Positions 6,423-17,703 of a stretch of 27,684 nt of DNA are shown here, one piece after another (the stretch's first letter is position 1; every line of letters begins with the position of its first letter). The notes beneath the pieces were generated by a model that made no database searches, was not told where the DNA came from, and saw only the letters and a list, made by a program, of their open reading frames with translations. The position numbers and the translations under genes were made by a program. Where the stretch lies: UHGV virus genome UHGV-0027489; one strand, given 5' to 3'. The DNA is from a virus.

Positions 6423-8897
6423 TTATTGCGGAGTGACATCCTGAGGTCGCCACCAGTATGTCTGGTTAAACTCTTTCTTCGAACGTTGCTCCATTTTACG
6501 CAAATAGCCTGGTGAAAAATACTCCTGCATCTGGTTAAAAATCATGTGATCGAGAGCCGCCTTCAAGTACCAGAGATTTGCACCTGGCATCAGCCCCTTC
6601 CCAAGCTTAACCAGATCACCACCAGTCTGCTCACTCTTCCCTTCCACAGCATTTAACGGTATGCCCTGAGCAATCTTCACTACGTCATCAACCAGACCAG
6701 CTACCGGGCCAAGCATCGACGCCAGCGCGCCGCTTCCGTACCTAGTGTGATCTGACAATAAAAAGTCACCGTAAAGGCCAAGACCACCACCTTTCAGTAG
6801 AGCACCAAGCCAAAATTTAGCAGCATCTTCTCCTGTCATCTCGCGAGGATTACGACCAGACGCAAGGTCGTTAAGTTGCTGCGACAAAGCGCCAAGAATG
6901 GTCGTACTGGCAATAAACGTCGCAATATATGCCGCACGCCCACCAGCAGACGGCATACCCATAGCGCGTGACCAGTGACGCATAACCACCGAGATAGGGA
7001 ACGATTTAAACAGGAAAACACTTCTCGTTAATTCACCTTTCCATGTTCCACGCTGAATACCAGAACCGGTTATCAGTTGCTCACGTGCTCCCGGTGTAAT
7101 AACAGCCATATCAACTTCTTCAGTTACGGCACCGAGCAGTTTGCGCGTTGCCTCAAATTTCACGCGTTCAGGCTCACCAAGATGTTTAACTGCTGAATCA
7201 GGGATACGCATAATGCTTTCCGGTGTCAGCATCGTATTATTGCCGTTCCCCCAGTCCTCCTGTTGCGCCAGCTTCCATACGCTCCAGTCTGTGTCAGTAA
7301 TCCCTTTGCTTTTCAGGATACGAAAATCAGAATCATCGAGGCTACGAAGGTCTGGTGTCCGTGACACTACTTCTCCCAGGCTTCCCATCATGGTTACGCC
7401 ATAGGCGCGCTTGTGCGCATCTGACCATGCTGTAAGCCCACTGGCACGCATTACCGCCGTTGCAGCCCAACGAGACACAGACGGCCCCATATTATCCATC
7501 GCCCAGCGGTTAACGCTGCCAAGTAGAGATTCCATCGCCAGACCAGCGCGGCGCGCCCGCGCAAGTTCTGTACGGTTCGTTGGGTCCATAGCTTCAAGCT
7601 GGTTGCGGAATAACTGGTTCATTGGAAGGTTGGTAACCTTCGCAGACAGATACATGGTTCCAAGGTCAGAGAACGATGACAGCAACGCGGATCCGAGTCT
7701 GCTGGCAACCAACCAGTTGCGGATATTGTCAGACCATCGCGCGATGTGCGGATTCGCTACAGGCTGTGTCTTTCCGGAAATAAAGTTGTACAGATTCTCT
7801 GTGTTGTTCGCCAGCCGCTCGACTTTACCGGTTTTACTCGGGTTAGCTGTTGCCGTTTCTGCCTTCACCTGATCAAGAAGAGAGCGGAAAACATGATCGG
7901 GGTTTGGGCCATATGTTTCCACCAGTGCAATATCTTTACTGATACCTTCAAGGTGACCGACCATGATTTCCCATAGAGAGCGATCGCCATAAAGTTGCTG
8001 ATATTGCAGATAGGAATCTGCATCTTTGAAATGTATCTGTCGTGATGCATTACCACGGTTAGCACGTGCGCCGGAAATTCGCATTCCGGTATCAGTAAGC
8101 TTATTCAGCCCACCTGTAGCGATCGTGTTATAAGCCTCTCCAAGAAATGCAGACAACTCGGCATCGTTCATCAGTTGTCCATCGGCTCGGATATAATATT
8201 TGCGATCCAGCTTACCTATAACATCGCTAACCCACTTATCCTTTGATACCGCCCCAACCTTTTCCATAGAATGATGTTGAGGGATCCCCCAGTTTTCGAG
8301 ATAGCCAATGTCCCCACCAGCATCATTAAACCGGCGGCGCAGTAGATCTGTCACTTCTCTCCACGCCTTAGCACCTTTTCTTGCTTTAGCATTGCCAGTA
8401 TTTTGCCCTCGCATTTCATATACCAGGTCACGTACGCCAGCTTCATCTTCAAACAGGCCAAAAAAGCGAGGATCAACTGCTTCAAATGCCTCCTGCAATT
8501 GACTCAATGCATAATCACGAGTGGCTTTTGTTCTGGACTCAACAGAGAGGAAATTCGATTTACCGTCTGCATTAAAAGCAATAGTACGGTTAAGAGCGCC
8601 AAGTTTCCCATCAGCCCCTTGATAGCTATTGATAAATTTATCCAATCTCTGACGTGCGGCTATAGTGAGGGCCACACGACGTTTCTTTAATGCCGCTTCT
8701 CGCTGTAATTCTTCAGATGCCAATTGTGCTGCTCGATATAGCCGCTCTGATTCGGAAAGTTGTCTCCACGACATCGGGTCATCACGAGCAATGGAGCGCA
8801 TATTTCGATAAATGCGGTCTTCAATGTTCTGTATTTCTCGCTCCGTTAACGTGCGCTGCGCCGCCTGCTGGACCGCTTGTATACATTCCTGTCTCAT
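6423..8897 (-). CDS. Large virion protein (824 aa), putative internal/ejection or tail protein
   Basis: Long minus-strand ORF in the tail module, consistent codon usage; one of three consecutive 600-837-aa genes before the tailspike, as in podovirus ejection-protein sets; no specific domain recognised. Confidence 0.5.
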   Translation of the reverse strand: MRQECIQAVQQAAQRTLTEREIQNIEDRIYRNMRSIARDDPMSWRQLSESERLYRAAQLASEELQREAALKKRRVALTIAARQRLDKFINSYQGADGKLGALNRTIAFNADGKSNFLSVESRTKATRDYALSQLQEAFEAVDPRFFGLFEDEAGVRDLVYEMRGQNTGNAKARKGAKAWREVTDLLRRRFNDAGGDIGYLENWGIPQHHSMEKVGAVSKDKWVSDVIGKLDRKYYIRADGQLMNDAELSAFLGEAYNTIATGGLNKLTDTGMRISGARANRGNASRQIHFKDADSYLQYQQLYGDRSLWEIMVGHLEGISKDIALVETYGPNPDHVFRSLLDQVKAETATANPSKTGKVERLANNTENLYNFISGKTQPVANPHIARWSDNIRNWLVASRLGSALLSSFSDLGTMYLSAKVTNLPMNQLFRNQLEAMDPTNRTELARARRAGLAMESLLGSVNRWAMDNMGPSVSRWAATAVMRASGLTAWSDAHKRAYGVTMMGSLGEVVSRTPDLRSLDDSDFRILKSKGITDTDWSVWKLAQQEDWGNGNNTMLTPESIMRIPDSAVKHLGEPERVKFEATRKLLGAVTEEVDMAVITPGAREQLITGSGIQRGTWKGELTRSVFLFKSFPISVVMRHWSRAMGMPSAGGRAAYIATFIASTTILGALSQQLNDLASGRNPREMTGEDAAKFWLGALLKGGGLGLYGDFLLSDHTRYGSGALASMLGPVAGLVDDVVKIAQGIPLNAVEGKSEQTGGDLVKLGKGLMPGANLWYLKAALDHMIFNQMQEYFSPGYLRKMEQRSKKEFNQTYWWRPQDVTPQ

Positions 8898-8902
8898 TTA
8901 AT

Positions 8903-10705
8903 TTAACCTCTCAAGAAACACGCCACAGCAACATCAAACAGGCTGGAATCCTGTATTGCCTGCTCACTTTCCCTGTTCGCTTCATCCAGTACTTCACGCG
9001 CACTGCGCGATTGTGGATTACCATCATCATCCAGCACGGTGATTATCATGTCAGGTGATTCAAGCAGCGAGTCTTCAGCTATGCGCAGATCAATATCTCC
9101 TGCCGGATCTGACATCATTTTTTGTTCTGCCTGTTGCAATATTTTATCAGGCTCAAAAGGAGCTACTTCGTCTGGCGTCCTGACCTCTGCTGTTTTATAG
9201 AATGAAACAGCCTGAGCATTAAGTTCACTTTCTGCCTGCTGTCTCCGAGCCAGTTCTGCTCGAGCTTCAAAAAACTGACCGCCAGGCTCGTGCGGTGCCA
9301 ACGCGTTACGGGAAAATTCCAGGCGTTCTTGTGCCTGCCGGATTCGTTGATCAATATCGCGAAGTCTGGCCTGTTTATCTGATCGAGCACGAGACAAAGC
9401 TTTACCGCTACCGGTTGGCTCTTCTGCAAGAATTTGTGCACGCTGTTCAGTGAGATTTTCAATAATTCGTTGGCTATTAGCGATTTCAGACTGGTAAACC
9501 TGTCTATCTCCACGCGGCAAAAGCTGCGCGGCCTGTTCTTCAAGCAACCGATTTTCTATAGCGCGCGCCGTTACTCCATCATCTACAGATGACAGAGCCT
9601 CATTAACTGCCTGAGACAGCAGACTCTTGCGCCCAGGAATTTCACTGAAAGATGCAGACTCAACAATGCTGGCAACGTCTACAGGTCTCCCCTGGCTAAC
9701 ATCAGACATAGCTTTTCGCAGAGCCTGAATGTGAGAATTGCGCGAAAGCACGTTGATCGGCACGCCGGGCGCAATATCAATTTCAGCATGATGAGCGGCA
9801 TTCGCCGCCAGTGCAGCATCGATATCAACTGGTGAAAAATTTGGTGCGTTTGTAGACTCGCCGCGAGAGTTAATAAATCTGCCGACACCACCAAACGCCA
9901 CCCCAAGAACAGCATCAATAGCAATTGCCTGTCGATCCAACACATCATACTGGTTAGCCATTTCGCTATAGCCACCATCACGAAGTGTTTTTGCAGTAAG
10001 CCCACGCTGTGCCATACCGAACGCAATATTTGTACCTGCGGCATAGGCAATATCTGGCGTTGCACGTACTGCTGTTGCTGCGGCGCGTCGCACTGAACTC
10101 TCACCCGTCCGCGCAAGCTGAGCCGCCACACCTTCCGCCAGCGCACCACCAGCACGTAACCCGAGGCTCATAGGGATCAGTGTTCCGGCACCAGCAGTAA
10201 TGCCCTGCACTAATCCCGCTTCCTGCGCCGTCCTGAAATCAACACCCTGTGCTGTCAGCCGTTCAAACTCAGAAAAACCCTGTAGCGAAGTTACCGCCGC
10301 TGCACCTCCGACAGGACCACCGAGCGTTGTACCGACAACAGCCTGCCCGCCCATATCGAACAACCCATAAAGAACCTGCCCGGCGGTTCCGGTTGTCGCG
10401 GCATCAGGCGTCAGCCGCTTAACCTGCTGCTCTGCTAGTTTTCTCTGCTCGGCAACGTATGAAACTGAAGTGTCATTGAGCGAGGTGTTTTCGTTAACAA
10501 ACTGAGCAATCGGGGATACGATTTTATCCATCCCTGCCCAGAGCAACTGATCTGGCTTTGCCACCAGCCCGGAGTACAAACCAGACAATGCCGCTCCTAC
10601 AGCATTGTCGAAAAAACCAACATCGCTGTTAAAGCCAGCTGGATTTGATGCTGCTTCGTCAAGCTGCTGATTCTGGTTTACTGGATTAAGGCCAAAGTAA
10701 CTCAT
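8903..10705 (-). CDS. Large virion protein (600 aa), putative internal/ejection protein
   Basis: Ala/Gly-rich central region with a coiled-coil-like Q/E/R-rich C-terminal part; overlaps the upstream gene by 4 nt (coupling). Confidence 0.5.
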   Translation of the reverse strand: MSYFGLNPVNQNQQLDEAASNPAGFNSDVGFFDNAVGAALSGLYSGLVAKPDQLLWAGMDKIVSPIAQFVNENTSLNDTSVSYVAEQRKLAEQQVKRLTPDAATTGTAGQVLYGLFDMGGQAVVGTTLGGPVGGAAAVTSLQGFSEFERLTAQGVDFRTAQEAGLVQGITAGAGTLIPMSLGLRAGGALAEGVAAQLARTGESSVRRAAATAVRATPDIAYAAGTNIAFGMAQRGLTAKTLRDGGYSEMANQYDVLDRQAIAIDAVLGVAFGGVGRFINSRGESTNAPNFSPVDIDAALAANAAHHAEIDIAPGVPINVLSRNSHIQALRKAMSDVSQGRPVDVASIVESASFSEIPGRKSLLSQAVNEALSSVDDGVTARAIENRLLEEQAAQLLPRGDRQVYQSEIANSQRIIENLTEQRAQILAEEPTGSGKALSRARSDKQARLRDIDQRIRQAQERLEFSRNALAPHEPGGQFFEARAELARRQQAESELNAQAVSFYKTAEVRTPDEVAPFEPDKILQQAEQKMMSDPAGDIDLRIAEDSLLESPDMIITVLDDDGNPQSRSAREVLDEANRESEQAIQDSSLFDVAVACFLRG

Positions 10706-13215
10706 TGCGGAATATCTCCGGAGAATCTCTGACGCTTCTGTGTCAGATCAAGAACAACGGGAGAACCATCATCTTTTAGCAGATAACCAGTACCAAGTTT
10801 CACCAGGTACTGACTATCGCCGTAACTTTGCAAACCATACTGACCAGGCGGTGTTTTTATCCCTGTGCCAACAACTTGTTCATTCCAAGCCTGATTAACC
10901 TGCTTATCGAATTGCTCTGCAGACATTCCCCACGGCAAAAGAACATTCCCCATTCCGTTATAGTCATGCACGCCACCTGTAGCTACGTTAACAGCCTGTT
11001 TCCAGATATCATTGTCAATTTCGCCTGATACCACGCCTTTTTTCGCCATCACACCAGCGTAATAGTCCTTTGCGATCTCGTATGCCATTGATGCCCCCTG
11101 AGCATCACCAGCAAATGCATCCTTCACCATGTCAGAAAACTCAAGGCGGAGATCAGCATCTTTAGGCATCGGAATACCTTTCGCGTCATCAGTACCTTTA
11201 CGAGCCGCCGCGCCAGCAAGAATTGTCTGCGCAGCGGTTTCAGGAGACACGGAAACATCCGGATTAAACCAGTTTTTTTCTGCCAAAATACCACCTGGCT
11301 TATCCATCAGTATCCCGGCAACGGCAGCAGATGGAGCGTTGGCACTGATCTGCTGTAGTGCTGACATATACACCTGCCCACCACCAGTGCTCTGCCTGAT
11401 GGTATCGAGATATGCTGCCTGTTGGGAAACTGGAGCATCACGAAAGAAAACACCGATCTGATTGGCCTCGTCTTTGGAAAAGAACGTCAGTGGAGTGCCA
11501 TATGACTTAGCAAGGTCACTGACCTGAGCGGCACGCAAGGCAACGCTCTGTCCAAAGTTATCCTTATTGCTCATGTCGATAGGCTTTGTCTGTCCGGAGG
11601 CAAGAGAGAACTGCACAGGATCCGACTGCCGCTGCTTTATCACCTGATTTGCAGCCGAAACAACGTTGTCATAAAGAGCTGCGCGTGCCGCATACCCCTC
11701 CCCTGTTTCACCAGTATCCGGGCGTAATTGCTCAACATATGCTGTAATGCTGCTTGTCGGCATGTTGCGGAAAGGGCCTATATACTGTCCGGCGATCTGC
11801 GTATTCTTAAACTCGGTATATCGCAGGTTTCCTTCTCTGACTCCATAAGCTGCAATAAAATCAGCCTCACCAGGTGGGTTAGGAAATTCAACGCCACGCA
11901 TATACGCAGCCGTCGCATCGCGAACCTGGCTGTCAATCATCGTTTTATATTCAGCCTGCTGCTGCCGACGCAGTTGATCCGCCTGCCGCATAAAACTTGC
12001 CTGAGCCTCAGGAGATGCCGCATCGAATGCTGCATTACCGGTATAGCGTTTGGTGTTGGTTGGAATTGTTGATAAACCAAGTGCTGCACTGACACCAGCA
12101 GTTAACTGCTGATCACTGTATGGCTGGCTACCGTTCTCATGATGGATAATGGCTGCACAAAGCGCCTTCAGGGTATCAGGATTTGATGCATCGAGAGGCT
12201 CATCAGCAGAAACGCCAAGTTGTTCGCACACTGCTTTGATATACGACATAGTGTCATTTTTATCAGTAGGCGGTGCCCAGCGATTAATTATCTCGCTGAC
12301 GGTATCAATACCCTGCCGCTGATACGACATCAGGTTCCGCCCTAATGCACGAATCCCGTGTTCAGGTGTTTCAAATTTAGCAAATCTACCATCATCACCG
12401 GTCTGGCCTACCCACGGATTAGTTTTGCTATATTCGAGATTTCCGGGGTTATTGTTGCGTATGCCACGGACACGCTCGGAAGAGCCACTATCTGTTACAG
12501 CACGGCGAGCTCCAACAGCAGTATCACTTAACTCGCCATTACTTTGGATGAATGCGGTCGCATTGTTTGCCGACCACTGGGACAATGCTGCATCAGCAAC
12601 CTTCTCTTTAAACTCGATTTTCTTGGCCTGTATTTGCTCGTCGCTCCAGCCATGTGCAGCACCGTACTCCTCAATTTGCTGGAAAGTTTGCTTATTAGCC
12701 AATACGTATGCGGCATTGTCGCCATACAATGCTGCGGCATTTTTACCATTGTTCAGCAGCGTCGCCTGAAACTGACCTTCTTCGTAGGCATTAATTTGCC
12801 CTATCTCGTGCCGCCCGGCCTGCGTAGTGAACTGAATGCGCTGCTGCTGCGCCTGCTGCATGAAAGCATTACGAGCCTGTTCATCCGGCAGCGACATAGC
12901 CAGTTGTTCGACCTGAGCATCAAACTGCTGCGTATACTCATGGCCTTTTCCAATAGCATTTTTCCCTTTCAGGTTAAGCAAACCTGTTTCAGGGTTATTC
13001 AGCAGATCACTGCTTATCTGACTGAGGTTAAGAGATGCCTCCTGAGCCAGAGCGATATTGGCATGCTGTTTTGCCTGCCCCAAAACATCAATTGCCTCTG
13101 TCCCTGCCCGAACAAAAGCATCACCAATACCTGGCTGAGAAAACGTCTGCAAGCCTGCTGACTGAACTCCACGGCTCTCAACCTGGCGTCCGGATGTAGT
13201 AGGAACAACAGGCAT
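10702..13215 (-). CDS. Large virion protein (837 aa), putative internal/ejection protein, possibly with a cell-wall-active domain
   Basis: Long ORF coupled to both neighbours; position and size fit podovirus ejection proteins; any enzymatic domain is unverified. Confidence 0.5.
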   Translation of the reverse strand: MPVVPTTSGRQVESRGVQSAGLQTFSQPGIGDAFVRAGTEAIDVLGQAKQHANIALAQEASLNLSQISSDLLNNPETGLLNLKGKNAIGKGHEYTQQFDAQVEQLAMSLPDEQARNAFMQQAQQQRIQFTTQAGRHEIGQINAYEEGQFQATLLNNGKNAAALYGDNAAYVLANKQTFQQIEEYGAAHGWSDEQIQAKKIEFKEKVADAALSQWSANNATAFIQSNGELSDTAVGARRAVTDSGSSERVRGIRNNNPGNLEYSKTNPWVGQTGDDGRFAKFETPEHGIRALGRNLMSYQRQGIDTVSEIINRWAPPTDKNDTMSYIKAVCEQLGVSADEPLDASNPDTLKALCAAIIHHENGSQPYSDQQLTAGVSAALGLSTIPTNTKRYTGNAAFDAASPEAQASFMRQADQLRRQQQAEYKTMIDSQVRDATAAYMRGVEFPNPPGEADFIAAYGVREGNLRYTEFKNTQIAGQYIGPFRNMPTSSITAYVEQLRPDTGETGEGYAARAALYDNVVSAANQVIKQRQSDPVQFSLASGQTKPIDMSNKDNFGQSVALRAAQVSDLAKSYGTPLTFFSKDEANQIGVFFRDAPVSQQAAYLDTIRQSTGGGQVYMSALQQISANAPSAAVAGILMDKPGGILAEKNWFNPDVSVSPETAAQTILAGAAARKGTDDAKGIPMPKDADLRLEFSDMVKDAFAGDAQGASMAYEIAKDYYAGVMAKKGVVSGEIDNDIWKQAVNVATGGVHDYNGMGNVLLPWGMSAEQFDKQVNQAWNEQVVGTGIKTPPGQYGLQSYGDSQYLVKLGTGYLLKDDGSPVVLDLTQKRQRFSGDIPQ

Positions 13216-13790
13216 CAGTAACCTCCTATTTTGAATCGGGAGTCAGAATTCATAAAACCTGAGTTAGATAACATTGGCGTCCCACCACTAGATGTACTTC
13301 CTTTAGAGAACGGACTCCACGTCCCACCAAACATCTGGTACGCACCGTATGCCTTCAGAGGCGCAGTGAGTAAAGTTGTTGCTGCTCCCACATTCCCCTG
13401 TTTACGGGCTGAACTGGCTTCTGCTTTATAGTTGGCAGCCTGAACCTGATAACCGTAAGCCTCGCGTTGCGCGTTATTCACCGTCGTTAGCGAATCAAGA
13501 GCGCCAAACTGAGCAGTGTCACCAAATATATCCAGCGCGTTACCTGTAGATAAATCAGCGCCGGTAGCCCCCATTGTCGCTGCCTGTGTACCAAGCCGCT
13601 GTCGGGTCTCTCTGCGCCGTTGCTCAGCTTCAGCGTTACCTCTGTTTATTGCATCATTTGCCTGAGCTGTGGCTATATCTGCGTTCGCTTCTGCAACCTT
13701 CGAGGCATACTTTCCCTGTTGGTACTGGGTGTATGCCTGAATGCCACTCATGGCGAGCATTGCGCCACCAGCAATAACCGGATCGCACAT
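13215..13790 (-). CDS. Tail-associated protein (191 aa), unknown function
   Basis: ORF in the tail module; start overlaps the upstream stop and its stop overlaps the next start by 1 nt. Confidence 0.45.
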   Translation of the reverse strand: MCDPVIAGGAMLAMSGIQAYTQYQQGKYASKVAEANADIATAQANDAINRGNAEAEQRRRETRQRLGTQAATMGATGADLSTGNALDIFGDTAQFGALDSLTTVNNAQREAYGYQVQAANYKAEASSARKQGNVGAATTLLTAPLKAYGAYQMFGGTWSPFSKGSTSSGGTPMLSNSGFMNSDSRFKIGGY

Positions 13791-14254
13791 TATTTGCTCT
13801 CCATGTGAAATCTGTGGAAATTAAGACCAAGTGCACCATAAGGCGCGGCTTCTTCAAGCCTGAATCCAAGCCAGTGCAGCCATGCTTTGGCAACATGGTT
13901 TCGCTCGTCGACATAGTTTTCCAGGCGCGGATAAACTGCCAGCATCTGCTGCAATACAGGGCGGCAGTGGCGAAGAAATGTCTTCTGATATTTTTCAATA
14001 CGGCTGGTTCCGACCAGCCAGGGCGTACCATTGCCACCGATCATTGACGCCGGAGATACGCCAAACATGGTTACCAGTTCTCCGTTCGCAAATCCTGACC
14101 AGGCCATAGTCGCAGTACGCAGACCAACACGCAGCGCATCTTCGGTAGTCATCAGTGATACCGCATACAGTTCGTCAATATCAGCCTGACGAACATCCGG
14201 CAAAATCATCTGAAGATGCTCTTCGGTAGCGGGAATAATTCGAACATCGATCAT
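13790..14254 (-). CDS. Tail-associated protein (154 aa), unknown function
   Basis: ORF in the tail module, translationally coupled by 1-nt overlaps at both ends. Confidence 0.45.
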   Translation of the reverse strand: MIDVRIIPATEEHLQMILPDVRQADIDELYAVSLMTTEDALRVGLRTATMAWSGFANGELVTMFGVSPASMIGGNGTPWLVGTSRIEKYQKTFLRHCRPVLQQMLAVYPRLENYVDERNHVAKAWLHWLGFRLEEAAPYGALGLNFHRFHMESK

Positions 14255-16725
14255 CAGAATCCCCCAACAGTAAGACGAGGAATAACGGCAAGAACAGACA
14301 GCGGCAACGGGTCAAGCTGACGGATTCTTACACGTCCGTTTTTGCCCCAGTTACTGTCCAGTTTTACTTCTACTTTTCCGGTAGCGTCATCAACAGGATC
14401 ATCGTAGAACTCGAATTCACGCTGTGGATATTCGTACCATTTACCGCCGGGCGTAGTCGCCCAGATGCCGCGACTGGCATTCACAACCAGAGTAACGGAC
14501 GGGATCACCTGTTTTTTGTCCAGCAGCGTTTCCTGTCCGTTAATGTTGATATCCAGTGTTTCGAATTCAGCAGTTATTGGCAGGCCGATGTGCACTACAG
14601 CCCCCGGAGATTCCAGCGTGACGGCACCTCCGGAAACCACTTTCTGTGGTTCCACGTTCGCATCAGAGAGGATGTTTACGGTCTGGCCTTCAAGATGAGA
14701 CAAGCCGCCAAATGTCCGGCGCGCCATCTGCCAGTTCGTGGTGGCCACATTCCTGAGGGATGGCGGGACGTTCCTGTTAGCACGAACCACTACAGCGGTA
14801 TTGCTGGTTACAGAAATAATGTCGCAACGTAATTCTTTTGACACTTCATCGCCAGTATCAGGATCAGTTCCGGCATAAGGGAACTGTAGTTGCGCGCCGA
14901 CATCACTACTGGTGAAGTACGCACCACCAGAAATACTGATTGTATATTCCGCGCGGTAATCCCATTCACCAGAACCACCAGTGATGGTCATCGTTCTGTC
15001 AGACGTATTTCTTCCATCATAGCTAAGGCCAGAATCAACAAAGAAAGCATCTTCATCGCTGGTAAATAAACGGCTGGACAGTCGCTCTATGTATCTCACT
15101 GTTTGCCCGTTAACGGTTCGGTTAACGACGAAATACACCGCATCTTCATTGCCTTCGCTGATACTGCATGTGCTTTCATATTTCCCGGTACTGGATTGTG
15201 GTGCCCATGCAAAAACCTGCTGATCACGCAAATAGGTCATCACCAGCAATTTACCGTCATCACGAATGCAGAAGGCGCTGGAGTAAGGGACAATCGAGAA
15301 GCACCAGTCAACAATGCTGTGCTTCTGAAAAAGATGATTGGCAAGGATGGTCAGGTCGTTCCCCTGATAGCCGTCAACATCGAATGAGTAGGCCAGATCA
15401 CGTACAACACTGCCTTTCTCCTGGACGAACAAAGCAATATTCGCCACGGCAATTGGCGGGACGTTGCTTGAGCCATTTGATCCCTGAGAGCTGAATGCAA
15501 ATGATGATGGGGTTAACACTTTGTTCTGGTCGCCGGTGATGACGTACTCACCTCCGGAAGTCAGTGCCACCAGCGAACCAACATCAATCAGGTGACGGAT
15601 CTCATTAACCTGACGCCCGGCATAGGTGTAGATAATTCTGTCGTCATCCTGCGTAGGATTGCTTTTGCCAAAATCCTTATAATCCCCAGTACGGCTGGCC
15701 CAGATAGTCTGAGGGAACGCAGTCGATGCGGCGAAGTAAAGACGTTGTTGATAATAAACAACAGTGCCAGGATAACCATTAACACTGTTCCAGGCATATT
15801 TAGCCCATTTATAGCTGGCATTATCCTCGCCAACTACCTGCGAAGGGATATAGGAAATCACCTCGGCAGTTGCAGTAGTTCCATTTGCAGCAGTGATACG
15901 GGCAATGCCAAAACCACTGTGCAGATATTCCCACTCAATGCCAGTGTCATCATCACCGGATCCGCCCCAGCCATCCCATGATGTGCCTTCTGTATGCGAA
16001 GGGCGCAAAGTACCTGTTTTGCCTGCTGTAACGGCGCGATAGTAGTTACTATCTGCACGGCGAATATCGCCAATCGACGTACTCTTACTGGTTTCCCATA
16101 CCGGTACTGAATCCACTGCAGGCTGTTCCAGATAGAACAATTTGCCTACCTGCTCCGCGCCAAAAATAGAGGCGCTTGCCGTTAACGTAATTGTCCCGGT
16201 GCTGGCGCTGGCATAAACCGTCACTGACTCGTCAATATTGATATCTTCAAATGGCCCGTTCTTCGTTACCACATCAACCAGTTGCCAGTTGTCATGAGCA
16301 TATCGGCGCAACTCTTTCGGCGGGTATGCCGGGTGAACCAGCGTAAGCACGTCGGCGCTTTGCGTGAATTTAATTCGGAACAGATCGGCTTCAGTATATG
16401 GCGTGGCAATTTCATAAATAACATTGCTGCTGTTCAGCACCAACGCACCATCTTTGATAACGCGCATGTACTGGTGTCCGAACTCCAGAGCATAGGTCTG
16501 AACCGTCGAGAACTGGAACGGGATCAGGCGGCATTTCCGATTTGGGTATTTGGCGGCACCGACAAAACGCGTACCAGGTCGATTCTCAACGCCGCCATAC
16601 TGCCGCACGATAAAGTTATCGCACTTGCGCAATGCCACCTGGTACTTCGCCATGTCGATACGTCCGTACAACGACGGTCCAATCTCACCACCAGCAAAGC
16701 TGGGCTGGATCCAACTGATAGCCAT
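14254..16725 (-). CDS. Large tail structural protein (823 aa), putative tail hub/tube or adaptor
   Basis: Long ORF between the head-completion genes and the ejection proteins; coupled to neighbours; specific role not resolvable from sequence alone. Confidence 0.5.
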   Translation of the reverse strand: MAISWIQPSFAGGEIGPSLYGRIDMAKYQVALRKCDNFIVRQYGGVENRPGTRFVGAAKYPNRKCRLIPFQFSTVQTYALEFGHQYMRVIKDGALVLNSSNVIYEIATPYTEADLFRIKFTQSADVLTLVHPAYPPKELRRYAHDNWQLVDVVTKNGPFEDINIDESVTVYASASTGTITLTASASIFGAEQVGKLFYLEQPAVDSVPVWETSKSTSIGDIRRADSNYYRAVTAGKTGTLRPSHTEGTSWDGWGGSGDDDTGIEWEYLHSGFGIARITAANGTTATAEVISYIPSQVVGEDNASYKWAKYAWNSVNGYPGTVVYYQQRLYFAASTAFPQTIWASRTGDYKDFGKSNPTQDDDRIIYTYAGRQVNEIRHLIDVGSLVALTSGGEYVITGDQNKVLTPSSFAFSSQGSNGSSNVPPIAVANIALFVQEKGSVVRDLAYSFDVDGYQGNDLTILANHLFQKHSIVDWCFSIVPYSSAFCIRDDGKLLVMTYLRDQQVFAWAPQSSTGKYESTCSISEGNEDAVYFVVNRTVNGQTVRYIERLSSRLFTSDEDAFFVDSGLSYDGRNTSDRTMTITGGSGEWDYRAEYTISISGGAYFTSSDVGAQLQFPYAGTDPDTGDEVSKELRCDIISVTSNTAVVVRANRNVPPSLRNVATTNWQMARRTFGGLSHLEGQTVNILSDANVEPQKVVSGGAVTLESPGAVVHIGLPITAEFETLDININGQETLLDKKQVIPSVTLVVNASRGIWATTPGGKWYEYPQREFEFYDDPVDDATGKVEVKLDSNWGKNGRVRIRQLDPLPLSVLAVIPRLTVGGF

Positions 16726-17330
16726 CAGGACAACCTCGCAATGGTAAACTCATCAACCGGTGGCTGAGGTTCCTGTGATTCATTCTGGCTATGCGAGCCA
16801 GCACTAAGAATCACGCGATTGTACATATTGAGGGCAAACGTACCGAGGTCTGCATTCCCAGTCAGCGCCATGTTAATAGCTGCCGCAAGACGCCAGGCCA
16901 ACGCCTCCATAAAAATGGCATCAAACATGTTCACATCTGTAACGCGAGAGACATACTTGAGCCATGCCTGAGGCTGGTCTGTGTAGATCAACTTTCCTGT
17001 TCCGTTGGTGTCTACACCTACTTCGTACTGAACGCGCATTGCTGCTGTTGGATTGCGTACACCAGGAAGCATAATTTCAGTAATGCGCAGACAATCGGAC
17101 GGGTACTGGTACGCATATTCCCAGTCAGGCGGTGGATTGTTCGTATCTGCAAGCACCACGCGTTTGGTAGCAAAGTTCCAGTCAAAATCAGAAAGCACAG
17201 CATCACGGCAGGCCTCAAAGTGCAGCGAACATTCCCCCGCTTCCTTGCTGGCTTCCGTCAGGCTGTTAATGCTGCGGCTATTGCCAATATTGGACAGCGC
17301 ACGATTGCAGATCTCTACTACAGAGGCCAT
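16725..17330 (-). CDS. Head-tail joining/adaptor-like protein (201 aa), unknown function
   Basis: ORF in the head-tail junction region, 1-nt overlaps with both neighbours. Confidence 0.4.
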   Translation of the reverse strand: MASVVEICNRALSNIGNSRSINSLTEASKEAGECSLHFEACRDAVLSDFDWNFATKRVVLADTNNPPPDWEYAYQYPSDCLRITEIMLPGVRNPTAAMRVQYEVGVDTNGTGKLIYTDQPQAWLKYVSRVTDVNMFDAIFMEALAWRLAAAINMALTGNADLGTFALNMYNRVILSAGSHSQNESQEPQPPVDEFTIARLS

Positions 17331-17659
17331 TACTCACCCCCATTGCCGTACAGAGTTTCAGCCGCTGATTTTTCTACATCCCCGGAAACAGGAGCGATCG
17401 CCATATCAGTGATCTGCAGATCGGCGCTGCGATTAACACCATCGTCAGTTTCTCTGGCAGACAGGCCTCGAATAACAGCCTTTGCAGTTATCATCACTTC
17501 TGTTCCGACGCCCTGAGGTTGCGCCTTCAGCTTATTCAATGTGTCGTTATTAAGAGTGATGCACAGCCCCCACGGGTATTCATCGCGAGTTCTGGTTTCT
17601 CCGCTCTCATCCTGGTAGCTGTCAGTGCCGGTTTTGAGGTTTACGAGTTCCATATACAC
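17330..17659 (-). CDS. Small structural-module protein (109 aa), unknown function
   Basis: ORF preceded by a GGAG RBS; acidic sequence; position downstream of the capsid genes. Confidence 0.4.
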   Translation of the reverse strand: MYMELVNLKTGTDSYQDESGETRTRDEYPWGLCITLNNDTLNKLKAQPQGVGTEVMITAKAVIRGLSARETDDGVNRSADLQITDMAIAPVSGDVEKSAAETLYGNGGE

Positions 17660-17660
17660 T

Positions 17661-17687
17661 CCTGCAATAAAGGGGCCGAAGCCCCTT
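17661..17687 (-). terminator. Intrinsic terminator/attenuator-like hairpin inside the structural operon
   Basis: Minus-strand AAGGGGC-TTCG-GCCCCTT stem followed by TATTGC; lies in the 44-bp gap between two structural genes, a common site for partial termination after abundant head proteins. Confidence 0.4.
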
Positions 17688-17703
17688 GTCTGATCCGCGA
17701 GGC